64,000 nt of DNA, from the NCBI GenBank assembly GCA_010909165.1, contig MU008154.1:62001-126000 (forward strand). The letters are read 5' to 3'. The notes under the pieces are model-generated. The model did not search any database, was not told the DNA's origin, and was given only the letters and a program-made list of their open reading frames with translations. Both the position numbers and the translations under genes were made by a program. Below are positions 51,600 to 64,000 of the stretch, in pieces (position 1 is the first letter of the stretch; each line of letters opens with the position of its first letter). The stretch comes from Anthoceros angustus. Lineage: Eukaryota; Plantae; Anthocerotophyta.

Positions 51600-54059
51600 C
51601 TCAACAATTCGCCGTTACGGTCTTCATCCTCACGGCACTCAAAGAAACAACTTGGGCCTTTGAACAATCCTTTTCACTTATACAAACCTCCTTTGCCCAG
51701 CGCGAAGGGCCTTTGCGGGGCTCAAGGTAAGCTCTTCTTACCGGAGAACCTCGTGTCGTGGATGCGTGAGATGTATCCAGCCTGCAAAGTCCTTGATGGC
51801 GATACAGTTTCTTCCACATAGCAAGGCTAATACCGTTGTGCCACTTAGGAGCATCGTCCACCACCTCTCCTTCTTTTGAGAAGGTCTTGATCAATTTCAT
51901 CATCAAAGAGGCCTTTGGTATGGGCATACCACCAACTTGTCATGGGACAAGTATTCCACCTTCTTTACCACAGTGTCATGTCCTATGACGGACCTCCCAT
52001 TGTTGAAAGTGCCATGCATGGCATTCGGCATCATCGCTCGATCCTTTGAACACCCATCCTTCAAGCCCCATCCAAGATACTCCCTTGTTTCAAATCCGCC
52101 CCTATCATTGCTCATGTTGGTTTTATCCCACGAAGACACGAGCCACCCTTCTTACACCACTGGCATCGATTCCGTCTTGTGTGGGCTTCCTCCACTCCAT
52201 GCATGACAATCATGCGGAAGTCTTCGCTGGTGGTTTTCATCATGGCCGTACTCATCATAGTCGCATCCATCCGTTTGTCCATAGGCCCAATATCAAAGCC
52301 TCTGGGCACATCCATGACAAATAGTGTGTACCTCCTCACCCGAAGGTAGCCCCGCATGTCCAGAATATCTCGCTTTTCCACTTGGTAATGAACCTCCTTC
52401 TCAGTCACAGGAACAGTAAAAATGTGCAGCCCTTCATGAAGATCTGTATCTGCCACAGCCCGCTGCTCATCTTCCAAACTCTTCCAATTATTGATCTCGA
52501 AAATGAAAATTTTGAAGTCCTCCAGTATTTTCTGCAAGTTGTCTATATCCTTCAATTGCTGCAAAGGGCAAAAGAGTATAAGTGCATACACAGCCATTGC
52601 AATGAAACATTATGCACTCCGTGGATCTCAAAGGCATGGTGGGAGGCCGGGCCGGCCGAGCCCTTGAGCAAGTCAGGTCCCCATCACATGTGGAAGTGGC
52701 CTCGGCCGGCGGCGCCCTGAAGGTTAGGGTTTCAAAAGCGAAATATCAGAGAAAAATTAAACGATGGGTAGTATGGCGCACCTTCCTAGCGAATGCGTCG
52801 GAAGCTATCATTTCGTCGGTCAAATGCAAAGGATATTCCAGCCTAACCTCTTGAATGATGAGCAGCCCAAGTGTTTAACCAGCCACTTGTATAACATGGA
52901 AACTTCTTAGTAAGGTAATCTCATCATCCATACCTTTTAGGTCGATAATACACCTTCTGTACATGTGAGTATTTGACCCACTCTCAGTGGAATCCCTTGG
53001 AACGATTTCCACGGCTTCGCTAACATATCCTTCGGCTTCACAGTATCAACAACCTTAGCCTCCTCTGGTACCTTCCGTTTGCCTTTGCCCTTCTTACTTG
53101 TTTTGGCAGGAACATGCTTCTTCTGCTCAGGCAATTCTCCAGCCTCCCATTTTGAAAATATTCGATCCACGTTGTCCCAAACCTTCCCCTCTTATTTGGC
53201 AATGCATAAGATGTGGGTCCAATTTTCCACCTTATTCTGCTTGTACACATCGTCTTCCCGACCTTCCTCGTCCTCAATCAAGCCCAATACACGGTATAGA
53301 TTGAATTTCCAATTCATGGTCATCTGGACATCATCTACTTTGGCAATAAGCAATTTCGTCCTCAAGTACGACACGCTCAATGAAGGACATCTTCTTCCTT
53401 TTGTCGACATCGTGTTGTGCAAGTACTCCATTTCGCATTTATCGCCACAATACACATGAGCTTCCACATATTGGGCGTGTTTTCCCCGAGATATATCGCC
53501 AAATGTTTCATGGCTGCAAAGTATGGTTCCACCAAGAACCCCATAACATATTTCTTCGCCCTAAACCTTTTCGGTCCAACTTGAGGTTGTCACACTTATG
53601 GTCGATCATGCAAAGGAAACCGCCCTCCTCAATCCTTCCCTTGATATTACGAGCCAAATAATTTGCCCTTATCCACCTTATCTGCGCATCACGGTGTAAT
53701 ATGGGATCTTTGGTTTCAATTCTCCAACTTCACTAATACTGTTTCCTGAACCACCTTCTTGGAGTAAGCTGAGTCTCAAATTCGTGTCAACGGGTCTGCA
53801 TCTCGGATAGCATCCTCCAGCCTTTCCTCATCTGTAAGAACATGAACAGTGGCAATGTTTTCCGGATGGTCCCCTTTCCCTTTATCCCTTTATCCCTCTT
53901 CGACTTCTTCTTCCCACTACCTGCTGCTATATCTCCACTGTTCGTCCGTTCGCTACCAGCAGAGGCATCCGTAGATATTGCCTTTCGTTTTCCACCTCGC
54001 TCCAGCACATCAATGCCCTGGCTCCTCTTCGCACCTGGTGGCCCTACTACATTATGCAA
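51600..54059 (-). CDS. ParB/Srx-like domain fused to a beta-class N4-cytosine/N6-adenine DNA methyltransferase (N6_N4_Mtase-like); frameshifted as assembled; intron 52781-52559
   Basis: YGVLGGNHTFAAMKHL (~53550-53500, read across one frameshift); motif IV-like LFVMDVPRG (~52320-52298); WDKTN...REYLGWGLK (motif VIII-like); CPYQRP.SLMMKLIKTFSKEGEVV.DA..SGTTVLALLCGRNCIAI (motifs X-I-II, ~51925-51795, across two frameshifts). Both gene ends approximate. Confidence 0.8.
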
Positions 54060-54576
54060 TGAAATATGACGAGGCAGTTATGACACGGGCATTGCTGCCC
54101 CGGGAGTGGTTGCTGCAAAAGACATCTGCAGCCATCTATGACAATCTGCACTGGCCGTGATAATCCATTAAAGACGCCCAAGGCCATGTCTTAAGTCATG
54201 ACATTTCCGCGGTTGTTGTCCCGTGGTTGCCCCCGGACCAGTTGCCAAACTCTGGTAGAGGCGTGCACCTGTTCGGTATCTCAACGGGTGCCATACCCAG
54301 GGGGATGGAGAGTGCCAACACCCATGGGATATTCTAGTGTCCTGTGGCAGTTTCTGCGGACAGCCGGGTCCGGGTGACGGGATATGGAAAGTTTACGTTG
54401 CGCTTATTTGCTGGCCGGCGTGAAGTCCGTTGTGTCCGTCTGGGCCGTGACGGACGTCCGTTGAGGCACACCCTTCGCGTGGCCGTTCTAACGGCTACCA
54501 AAGTAGGTTTACAACGGGGTGACCCCTGCGATGGAGCCATTCCTGCAAAGGCAAGCCACTCCACAGATCGGTCGGG

Positions 54577-57500
54577 ATGGAGCCTCCCCGCTCTAACCGA
54601 CAGATCCCACGAGTGCTTTGCGAATGCCCGGGTTGCGCGGGGAGCACACAGCGAATCCAAGGTGACATCGCTGCAAGGCATAGCAGGTCATGGGCGCGCC
54701 TTCTGGCGGAGGTAGGGCCTCTGCAATGGCAACTTCGTGCTCAAATTTGGGATGAATTCATTGGTAATGAGCCCATGTTGAATGTGATTGTCGCAGGCAC
54801 GGGCTGACGACCCCATTGACCAAACAGGTCTTCCTATCGCGTTAGGTGATGTTGCGCGGGCACCCGAGATGCCCACCGTCCGGACCACCGTTCCTCTACC
54901 ATTTCGGCCGAGGAGGTTCCAATCCCCCAAATTTCAATGCGACTACGGTGGATCATGACCCCATGGTTGGGAATGTGTAATAATGAGCGAGTTCTTCCCA
55001 CTTGTTCGCCGGGGAAATGGGGGATCATGGCACCCCCATTGGGCAGGAGGCGCGTATGGCCCAGGCGTTCCGCGAGCTCGTCGCGGGAGTTCCATCTGCT
55101 GCTGAGGCCAGCCTTGAAGAGGCTGCGAGGACCCCGCTTTGGAAGATCGAAGGGTGTGAGCAATCCGACCACACCCGACTGTCCGCCGTGTTGGCCCTCC
55201 TCGCCATCCAAGACCGCTACAAGGTGTCTGATGCCGGAATGACTGCAATTTTTGGGATCCTTGCGGGGGCAATCCTTCCTCGGGGGAACACTATGCCCCC
55301 TTCACGTCCGGCAGTCAAGAATATGCTCCTGCAGATGGGCAAACTTGCATCCGCATTGACGCTTGTGGGGACGCCTTCTTTTGGGGGCTATGAGGACATT
55401 GTTTGTGCGTTCTGTGGAGAACCCCGCTATCATACAGGTGCAACGGGGCAGCCAGTGCCGAGGAAGACGATGTTCTACTTCCCAGTTACGGGCGTCTTCG
55501 ACGAATGTTTGCTTGCCCAAGCATAGCGCGACAACTTACATGGTGGAAGACCCACAGGAGCACCGACGGCCAGCTCCGAATCATGGCAGACACTCCTGCT
55601 TGGAAGGCACTCGATGGGGTCGAGGGTTTCGGTGGAGAGGACCGGAATATTCGGTTTGGCATCTCAACGGACGGCTTCAATCCGTCGGGGCATCGTTCTT
55701 CATCGTATTCTATCTGGCCGGTTCTTCTTTTGATCCATAATCTCCCGCCGTGGCTTACCACAAAGATGCACAGAATTCTCATGCCAATCATTATACCCGG
55801 TCCAAAACAAGTCAAGAATATGGATGTGTACTTGGGTCCATTGATAGAGGAACTTGCCACCTTGTGGGCAGGTGTCCCTGCAGTGGACCACTCCAAGCTG
55901 GTTGGTGACCCGGGACACTTTTTTGTCCTCAGGGCTGCCTTGCTCCATGCCACATGTGATTATCCAGGTCTTGGAGCCCTATTCGGGCTCCAAGTTCGAG
56001 GATACCGATGTTGTATTGATTGTGGGCAGGAGTTACAGCCGCGGTGGTCCACCGCCTTGGAAAAGATTATTGTTGAAGGACACCGCAGGTGGTGCGCTGA
56101 CGACCAAGACCCACGTCGTCGCGAACATGTTGAGTGCTTCAACAACAGTAGTGAGATGAGACCCCCACCGCTCGAAGTCTCCGTCCCAGTTGTCATGGCC
56201 GAAATGAATGATTGGGCGAACGCCCATCCGGGAGAGCGACAAAATGCCAGGGCATGGGGCGTGAAACGAATGTCCGCTATTTTGCAGAATTTGCCATACC
56301 TGGCAAATATACCCAAATTGTGGTTGAAGGATGTGATGCATACAGAGGTGAATAACTGCCAAGCGTTTTGGAAGATATGGACTGGGCAATGGGACACCCA
56401 CAATGCAAGGGTTGATCGGATGAATTTAGACTCCAAACCATGGCTGTGGCCGGTATGGGACGATAGGGGGGAAGCTCATCTACCGGACGCGTCCTATACA
56501 CTATCCAAGGACGCCATCCAATGTGTCAAAGATGAGCTCGGCCGGATCAGGCCTCCAACAGGGTTTGGGTGTCACATCGGCGCATGTTTCTGGGGCCCAA
56601 AAGTTTGTGGCCTCAAAAGCCACGGCACCTACTCATGCGTTCCCCATCGTGTTACTACTTATTGCCCAGCCAGTATGTGATTTCGTTCGGGTAAGCTCCA
56701 TTTATCGCTGGATTTGCCAAAAGGCAATCAAACGAGGAGATTCCGATCATGGAAGTGAAGCACGATCGACCTCGAGCGATACTACCCTTCAAATCTGTGG
56801 AATCCTATGCAGCATTTGTTTGTTCACCTTATTGACGAGGTCGACGCGGCACGTGCCCGATGGATGTACCCTATCAGCGCCACATCCATGTACTTAGCGA
56901 TCAATCCGCGCGCGGGCCGGGCGATATGCCACATCTTGCTTGGCAATGGAGAGCTCGTTTTACGCCAGCTACCTTGGCGGAACGGACCAAGCTCACCACC
57001 AAATGGCGAGGCTCGGCGGTGAGCGACCAATTGGCAAAGCCAAGCCAAAGCGGGTCACGGATATGAGTTAAAGCAGTTGCATTGGCACTTCTTGTTGCAT
57101 GAGAGCCAATCGGAGTTCCTTGCGGCGGGACACCCTCGTGCTACATTTCTAACATGGCTAGAATCCGGTATTCGTCGCAAGGAATGGTCGAATCTATCCC
57201 AATACGCGGACATCCGGGCTATTGTCAATGGCCCAAAGCAGGTAGTGAGGTCATACGGGGCTGAAACAATGGGATGGCATTTCCGCGCGATGAAGCGATG
57301 CATCCCGAAAAGTATCACAGATAGTTGGGTATTTGGGACGTTCGACATGGCTGACCCGTCGGCTGAAGTCAAAGATTACGGGCGTGCCCTTTGAAGGCGG
57401 TGGCTTCGCATTCGTGTTGCACATTAATTGGTTGAATGCGAGGGCCCATATCGATGGCGGCAGACATAAGCGGCTTCAACTGCCGATTCTCGTGGCTTAT

Positions 57501-57629
57501 CGCTATCGCGAGATCATCAGCAGGCCCATATACTTTTCCCGTGCACGTGAAGCCAGCGTTAACCGAGACTCGGGCCCAGTGGGGCTGGTTCATTTGCACG
57601 CCGTTCCGTCACGGATTCGCTCTGGATAG
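54577..57629 (+). mobile_element. CACTA TnpD/Tnp2 transposase (transposase-associated Zn motif, Transposase_21, DUF4218, DUF4216), frameshifted
   Basis: CECPGC...RH; ILPRGNTMP; CAFCGEPRY; ADTPAWKALD; RNIRFGISTDGFNP; SYSIWPVLLLIHNLPPW; IIPGPKQVKNMDVYLGPLIEELATLW; CDYPG; LPY..DVMHTEVN; GLKSH; HLIDEV..ARWMYP. Confidence 0.92.
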
Positions 57630-57833
57630 AGATGACGACCACGGTTGTTTGTCAACAGATAGGGCATCTCATGATCGGGGCGGCCGTCCCCGAATTTCAC
57701 GATGGCGCCAACCGGGCTCTTTTGGGATGGCAAACATCCCAATATAACACGATAATCCATCACACGGTCTTCAAACACTAGGCCTCAACACACAATCATG
57801 TTCCAATTGTTCAAGCTACATTGTGCTCGCCGA

Positions 57834-59023
57834 CTATTCTAAGTGGACAGAGCGGCACGTCCGATCCAAGTACATTGGGCCCATAAGCGATGGGTTCAAG
57901 CAGGGCTTGCTAGCCTCTACCCACATCGCAACCAAGAAGTCGGAGCTCCCAAACGCCCTGCGCACTGCCACCTCCAAAGGATGGTCCAACGAGGATGGAC
58001 GAAGAATAGCGCAAACACCGGGCCAGCAACAAGGGCATGGTGCTGCCGCCCACCCATGTAGTGGCAGCACTTCACAATTAACTTGCATGCCTCAAGCACT
58101 TGGAAGATGTGCTCGTCATTCATCATGAAGTCCGTAAATGCTACAAAGTGGTGCCTTCCCTCGTACACGAACGGGAGCTTATGAATGTAGCCCACAGACC
58201 ACTGCCGCTCCACCACCTTCCTGAAGATCGCCATTTTCCCATCGCCAGCCGCACGCGGTACAACCCTCTCAGCGCCCGCTGCACACCCACAAGGTCGGTA
58301 GCTGGAGTCCGGTCCGCTCACGTTCCGCTGGAGCAGTTTGCCACCATTTTCTGTGGGAATCAACCAGCGGAGGTCTTTCTCCATTGCATCCCAGCGGTGG
58401 CCGTGTAGCATCTGCGGGATCGGGCCATCGGCGAACACCAGATCCCTCTCCAAGACACGGACGTCAAAGTGAGACACGAGAAGGAAGCAAGTGAAAAGCA
58501 AAGACAAATCGACTGTCCCGACCTCGACAACGAGGGAGCAGGCTTTCAAGTGAGACAGCTTCAGCATCTCATTCAAGATGTCCACCAGCAAGGCCCCGAT
58601 TTCTTTTGCCCTTTCAAGTGCCCCGCTCCCCCGGTTGGGATGTGCGCCAACGAGCCATGGTTTGGGGCCATCCCACTTGTCTTTTCCACCCACCACCCAA
58701 GGCATCTGCAAAGTCTCCCAATGAAACTCTGGATCACCTGTGGTAATGCCGGCGGGCTCCACGAGCTGCATCTTCCAGCACCGACGAGGCTCGAAGGGGA
58801 AGGGTCCACATCCTATGACGGAAAACCACGCCAGAAGTCTCCGTAGGAATGGAGGAATATGGTCCCATGACCATATTGGCGCCGGCAACCGCGCATCCAA
58901 CATCCGGGCTCGACGCTGCGTCAAACCCACGAGCACAGGATCTTCAGGCGGCGATGGCGTCCCAGGGCACGATAAAGAATCTGACCACGAGTTGCCACAG
59001 TCTTCTAGAGTGCCATGGACCAA
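57834..59023 (-). CDS. Unknown transposon-associated gene family X, copy 2 (368-aa ORF, probable frameshift near the C-terminus)
   Basis: Long ORF convergent with TnpD; 25/43 identical residues to copy 1 in the C-terminal block; alternative-frame tail PLEVAVRR matches copy 1 PLRIEVRQ. Confidence 0.72.
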
Positions 59024-59199
59024 GATGTTTTAATCGTCGTCGTCCGACATCGCCGTGGCGAGTCGAGCTCGAAAAGCGAGGCGGAGATGGGGAACTTAGG
59101 AACCAGCAGCAACACTAAAGTGCATACATGTTTGCAGCTCGCAATTTTGAGCGTGGTGAACGCCGCTCGGATGGCACCGCGCGATGCGAGGCGTAAAAT

Positions 59200-59350
59200 C
59201 GCCGCACCGTGGAGGCCGTGCGGGGCGTGGGCGTGTGGGTGAGAGTGGTATTCATGCTCTGTCCACCGTGGAGGACTCGTCTGCGGGCCGCGTGTCAGGT
59301 GAGGCGTGGTATTCATGCCCTGTCCACCGTGGAGGACTCGTCTGCCGGGC
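59200..59350. repeat. ~60-bp tandem repeat upstream of gene X copy 2
   Basis: GTGGTATTCATGC(T/C)CTGTCCACCGTGGAGGACTCGTCTGC at ~59245 and ~59305, with a partial CACCGTGGAGG at 59206. Confidence 0.85.
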
Positions 59351-62300
59351 CCAGTGCGATCAAGGCAGCGTCGGCGGGGTCAACATTGGCTGGGCTCATA
59401 AAACGTCTTGTCACATCATGCGGCCGAGCGTGAGTACGTTATACAGTGCTCAATGACTCCGGACACCGAGCGCGATCCAGAGCACCGTGCCGACACACTG
59501 CTAGCGATTTGGACAATGTCGGGGCGCTGTCCGGCAAAGGGGCACAAGTGAGACATCGCGCAGTAATGGACCCCCACCGGTTTCGCCATGCATTGGCCCG
59601 ACAATGAAGTGGGCGGGGTCGGTCGTGATCAGCGGGCGAGTCCTACACCACTACGGGCGGTGTCGTGTCCCGATGGTGGAAGTAGCCACACCACAAGCTA
59701 GTTGCCACTATCGAGGCGATGAAACAAATGTGCCGGAGGGAGGCTCTTGATAGTAGGCATGATGTGATGGTGTGGTTTAGGAGGTTTGGCTGCATGGATT
59801 GCGTATATTTGAATTTGTATACGCACGAGGTGATGCCGATCATAAGGTGTCCACGTTGCGACCACCTTGGGCCGACGGTCCCATGGTCCCCCAAGGACCC
59901 TTAGACTGTGTAAATCCCATATTGTTGCTCGTCGCATCAAGCTTGAAGTCCATGGACCTTGAGCGCAATGAATTATCCGTAACTAGCCAGTGGTTTTGGA
60001 ATCCGTCAAGGCGCATGTCGGGGTGGGGCGGGGCGTTTTTTATCGCCCAAAGCAGTAGCGATCTTGTTGCATGCCATGTAAATAGCGATTTAATGAGTGG
60101 TCATCCATATCTTACTGCGGCACCACAGCGTATGCACCTTGCGATGGCCGGCCCTTGCTCTCCGGGGGTGGCATGGGAGATGGGGGATAGCGAACTGTTG
60201 GCGGCGTTTGCTCTAAGCATAGCGGACCCGTGCCCAAGCGTTCGCTGAGCTTCCGACTCCAACGAGGCGGAGGGCGAGCATGGGTTTGAAGAAGGATTGA
60301 GCCTACTGGCGGAGGCGGGACGGGGAGGCGGCGGTGAGGCGTCGCTTCATTGTCGCAGGCGGACTCTACATCCATTACGTCGTGGGCATGACACCTTCCG
60401 CGGGGTGGTGGCGTCAGCAGTACCCGCTCTGCACTGCGGATTAGGGCAGTACAACCAGCTGGGGAGAGGGAAGCTACACATCGGTGGGGAAGACAGCCCC
60501 GGTGGTTTGGAGCCCATACAGGAGGGTTCGAATCGGGCTGCCACCGGACCGGTTTCAGGACTGGGAAAGGATGAGGTGTGCATGCTGGACCGGGAATCCC
60601 AACCTGACGTCATGTCCACATGGCTGCCCAATGACACCACCGATTGCCCCGGCTCGGGCGCGGGCAAAGATGTTGGAGCACCAATCGTCACGCCGCCGCG
60701 GTCAAGTGTGGTGGTGGAATTGGGTTCGGGAAGTCATGCCGCAACTGAACCATGCCATGGTCGGCCCGGGTACTCTGGCGGTGGAAGTACTGCCCGCCGA
60801 TCCTGTAGGCGGAAACAGGTAGGGTGGTTTGAAAAGGTTGATGGCGGGTGTGCATGCTCTTGTGGAATAGTGCTATTGTTGCAATTCCTCCCCAATCGCA
60901 TTCATTTGTGTTGGGTTGTTGTCGCAGGCAAATCCACATCACATCCCTGGCGAGATTAGGGCCAAGCGGCCCCACTTGGGTCACCCGGCCGTTCGATAAG
61001 CCGGTACGTGGCTGGATACCCGCGATGGATTGGCGGTGGGCGGAGGGCGGGGTCGATGATGACGTGGCGGGCGATGGCGGTATGGCCGATATGATGGAGG
61101 AGGAGGACACGGACACAAAATCGTGCCCCAAATCCGAGCCAAGCCACACTCAGCGGAGAAATGGAGCGGCAGCGCCACAAAAGTGTCGGTTTGCCGAGTT
61201 GATCGAGCCACGGGCACTAGGGAGTTGTTGGCGAACTCATCGGGCATGGACACTCCAAGGTAATGGCCAGGCATCGAGGCTATGTGCGGATGTTGCGAGG
61301 CGGGCGTGCCCTGGCGGAGGTCCTTTAGGAAGGGACAAATTGTCACGGAGAAGCGGATCTGAGGAGTTGGTGGCTCTGGCGGTGTTTGAAGTGCTGGACA
61401 AAGCACCCTCCCGAGTTCTGTTGCGGCTCATAGACACGGTTGCTTTGAGAGTACCCTTCCGTGAAGGCAGGAGGTCATCGGGACCAAGTTCTCCAAGCGC
61501 ACGAGCACGATGTTACAATCACCTTAACCGAGTGAAGAAAGGGCAAGAATTACTGCTGCACGGGAAAGAGGCGGTCGGAAATTGAGGCGGAGTCCATTAC
61601 ACGACATCCGGTGGGCTGTCGAGTGGGGAGTGGGCGATAGCGTGGAAATGGAGCATGGCCGTTGCCCTCGGATGGCGCGGGCAAGGATGGAAAAACCACG
61701 CTGCCGCTGGCCATTTGGACCTTGTGTGGGCGTTTCTTGATTCGAGGGATGTATGGAGAACCACCAAGTGTGGCGAGAAATGATATGGGGAGCAAAGCAT
61801 GGGGTTGAAAAGATGGAGGTTTCTTTGGTAACTTGGTGGTGACGAGGTTTGCACTCCATAATACACTGCATGTCTGCCAGCGAGATTGAGCGCGTTTTCA
61901 CAGTATCACGGTATGGCTAACTTGCGACCTTGTGGGTTCGTGCTTAGGCGGTGGAGGAGCTCCGAGGGAGCGTGCAAGAGAGGGTGGTTTGGTCCGTAAG
62001 TGTGGGTCGAACATGGGTAGGGTACATATTTGAGACATGTCGTGCGCTCCTTGCACCTTCACGTCTGAAACTACATCCCAGGCATGCGAGCCTTGGTGAA
62101 GGAGAAGCGGTGCACTGTTCTTCTCGGGCGGTGGGGTTAAGCGGCATGGATGTATCTGCAAGAACAGTTTTTGTGGCAACACACCGCCAAGTGTCCGTTA
62201 TGGGCAGTCGCATTTTTGGAATCCACTTGATGTGCATCTTGTATTGAATATCTGGTTTTCTTATTGCGCTGGGACTATTGTGTAGGAGGAAGGAGCCGAC

Positions 62301-64000
62301 TACATGCGGAGATGCCTGCGAGGCGGATGGCGGCCAAGATCCGCCCATCCATGTCGATTATGCGCATCGGGATCTCGAGCTTGAGTGCGGTAGTAATCTC
62401 GAACACTTGCGTCACTGGCAATGGACTAGACAAATTAACTTTTCGTCACATTGAATGGTCATGTTGGTGATCTGAGGCCAAGCGGTGGTGGCGGCAGCAA
62501 TGGTCTCGATGGGCACGAGGTACCACCAAGCGGGATGTCGCAGGAGGTTTGTAGGGAAGAAGATGCAGACTTAACTCTCGTGGACAGTGTGCGAACACAC
62601 ACCACCGTTAGACACCCCAACTTGGGAGGCTTGGGAGGCTGCGGGAGGGTGAGGAGAGGAATGCGATGGCGGGTGGGGCGAGCCCGAGCTTGGGGCGCGG
62701 ATCTTGGGCGCACCACGGAAGAAAGGAAAGATGGAGGAGTCAGGGTGTGGCCGAGGTTGAAAAGGAGCAAAGCCAAGACCGGAGGGAGGCGGTGATTGAG
62801 GCGGATGGCAGTACGCCATGGTCCATGCATGTGTGTGTGAAGTGTTCCACTATCGCGGTGTGCTCACTATCGGTGTGCCACTTGGTCCATTGGGCAAGTG
62901 GTGGCAATGTCGGATGGTGAGGGCAAGTTAGAGTATCTTGTCGGGGAACTCGAATGGTATAGGACCTTCCATGATGAGACTTTCCGGATAATGGACGGTT
63001 AATTGTACAATCCTAACGCACTCTTGCTTTGCATAATCGATCTGTATTGACTGAATATTATATATAAATTTTTGGTCGAAATTTAGGTTTCTGCTGAAGC
63101 AAGCTCAAGAGGGCAAAACCCTTAATTCAAACCCGGACAACTTTATTTTGACAAGATGGAATCGCATGTTGAATCTGAGGAGGCATGCTCCGGTGCATGT
63201 ACTATATAGAGAGGTGGCAACCACTGCGATGCGATGACATTAGGAAAGGGCGCATCATTCCCATCTTTGGATCATCATGTGGCGCTACGGCGGACAATAG
63301 TCCATGCTCCGAGGCCGTTGCCGGGGTCAGGCGTGGGCCTTGGAGTATGCAGGTGTACGAGGCTGCGGATGAGCATACTTGCCGTCAGGTGGGGCGGAAA
63401 AGAAGTGAAGGAAGCGATCCCTGGGATTGGCGAGTCTGAACCGATTCTGAAGGTCCTCACCATCCCAGTTGGAGGGCTGTCATTTACTTTGCGAGCACGG
63501 TTTTAAAATGACTAGGAATAACCTGCGAAATCCAGCAGGCGCAAGTTTGTCATTCATGTAGCAATTTTATGGGTTTTCCTGTTACGAGCGTCATAAACAA
63601 TCGCATTATGTTGTAGTGTGGGGCGCCGGCGGCCCATTGCCCGGTCCCCTCCTTCTTGTTGAAGGTGCCGCGATGGGCACCGCCGGCGGCCAGGCGCCCG
63701 GTCCATCTCCACCAAAGGCGGACAAACCGGTTTGGGTTTGGGTCACCTAGGTCTTCCCCATCCGCCCGAGGCGGGCATCCGTCAAGCACCCCGATTGTCA
63801 TCCGCATCGTTGAGGACGGTGGAAACGACCAGGGAAGCCCCAATGTCTGCAAAGTTGAGAATGTCATTTGCATCCCTATCCTCATCCTGGTTGCCTGACC
63901 CCTCTCCATCTGAATGACCTAGCATGATCGGATCGGTCTATTAGCTGGTCTCTCGCTCTCCTCATGGACAATACGCTGTGTGCCTGTGATCTCAGACACC

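Noticed and set aside
51600-54059. Bacterial contamination as the source of the methyltransferase
   Set aside because: It has a GT-AG intron and is contiguous with plant-type CACTA and Copia sequence; no operon structure.

Overview
Eukaryotic, land-plant-type genomic DNA with short GT-AG introns; a bryophyte or other seed-free plant is my inference, not certain. Two intact host genes lie on the minus strand: a Brittle-1-type adenine nucleotide carrier (194-2468) and MOS1/PRRC2-like (14351-22931). The rest is mostly mobile DNA: two CACTA/EnSpm termini with subterminal repeats, two frameshifted CACTA TnpD transposases, an IS3EU/IS481-like integrase, a CRE-type and a second non-LTR fragment, three Copia-lineage elements (one gag-only, with AG...CT LTR ends and a clean TSD), a 42-bp higher-order repeat, and four local tandem duplications. 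The main find is a gene-dense, GC-rich transposon region (32.4 kb to the window end, with a relative at 8.6-13.2 kb). It carries a spliced, bacterial/phage-style ParB-like + beta-class N4C/N6A DNA methyltransferase gene head-to-head with a CACTA transposase, plus an unknown gene family found next to two unrelated transposases. Many frameshifts in repeats look like uncorrected long-read errors, so pseudogene calls are provisional. All family assignments come from motif recognition by eye; no searches were run.
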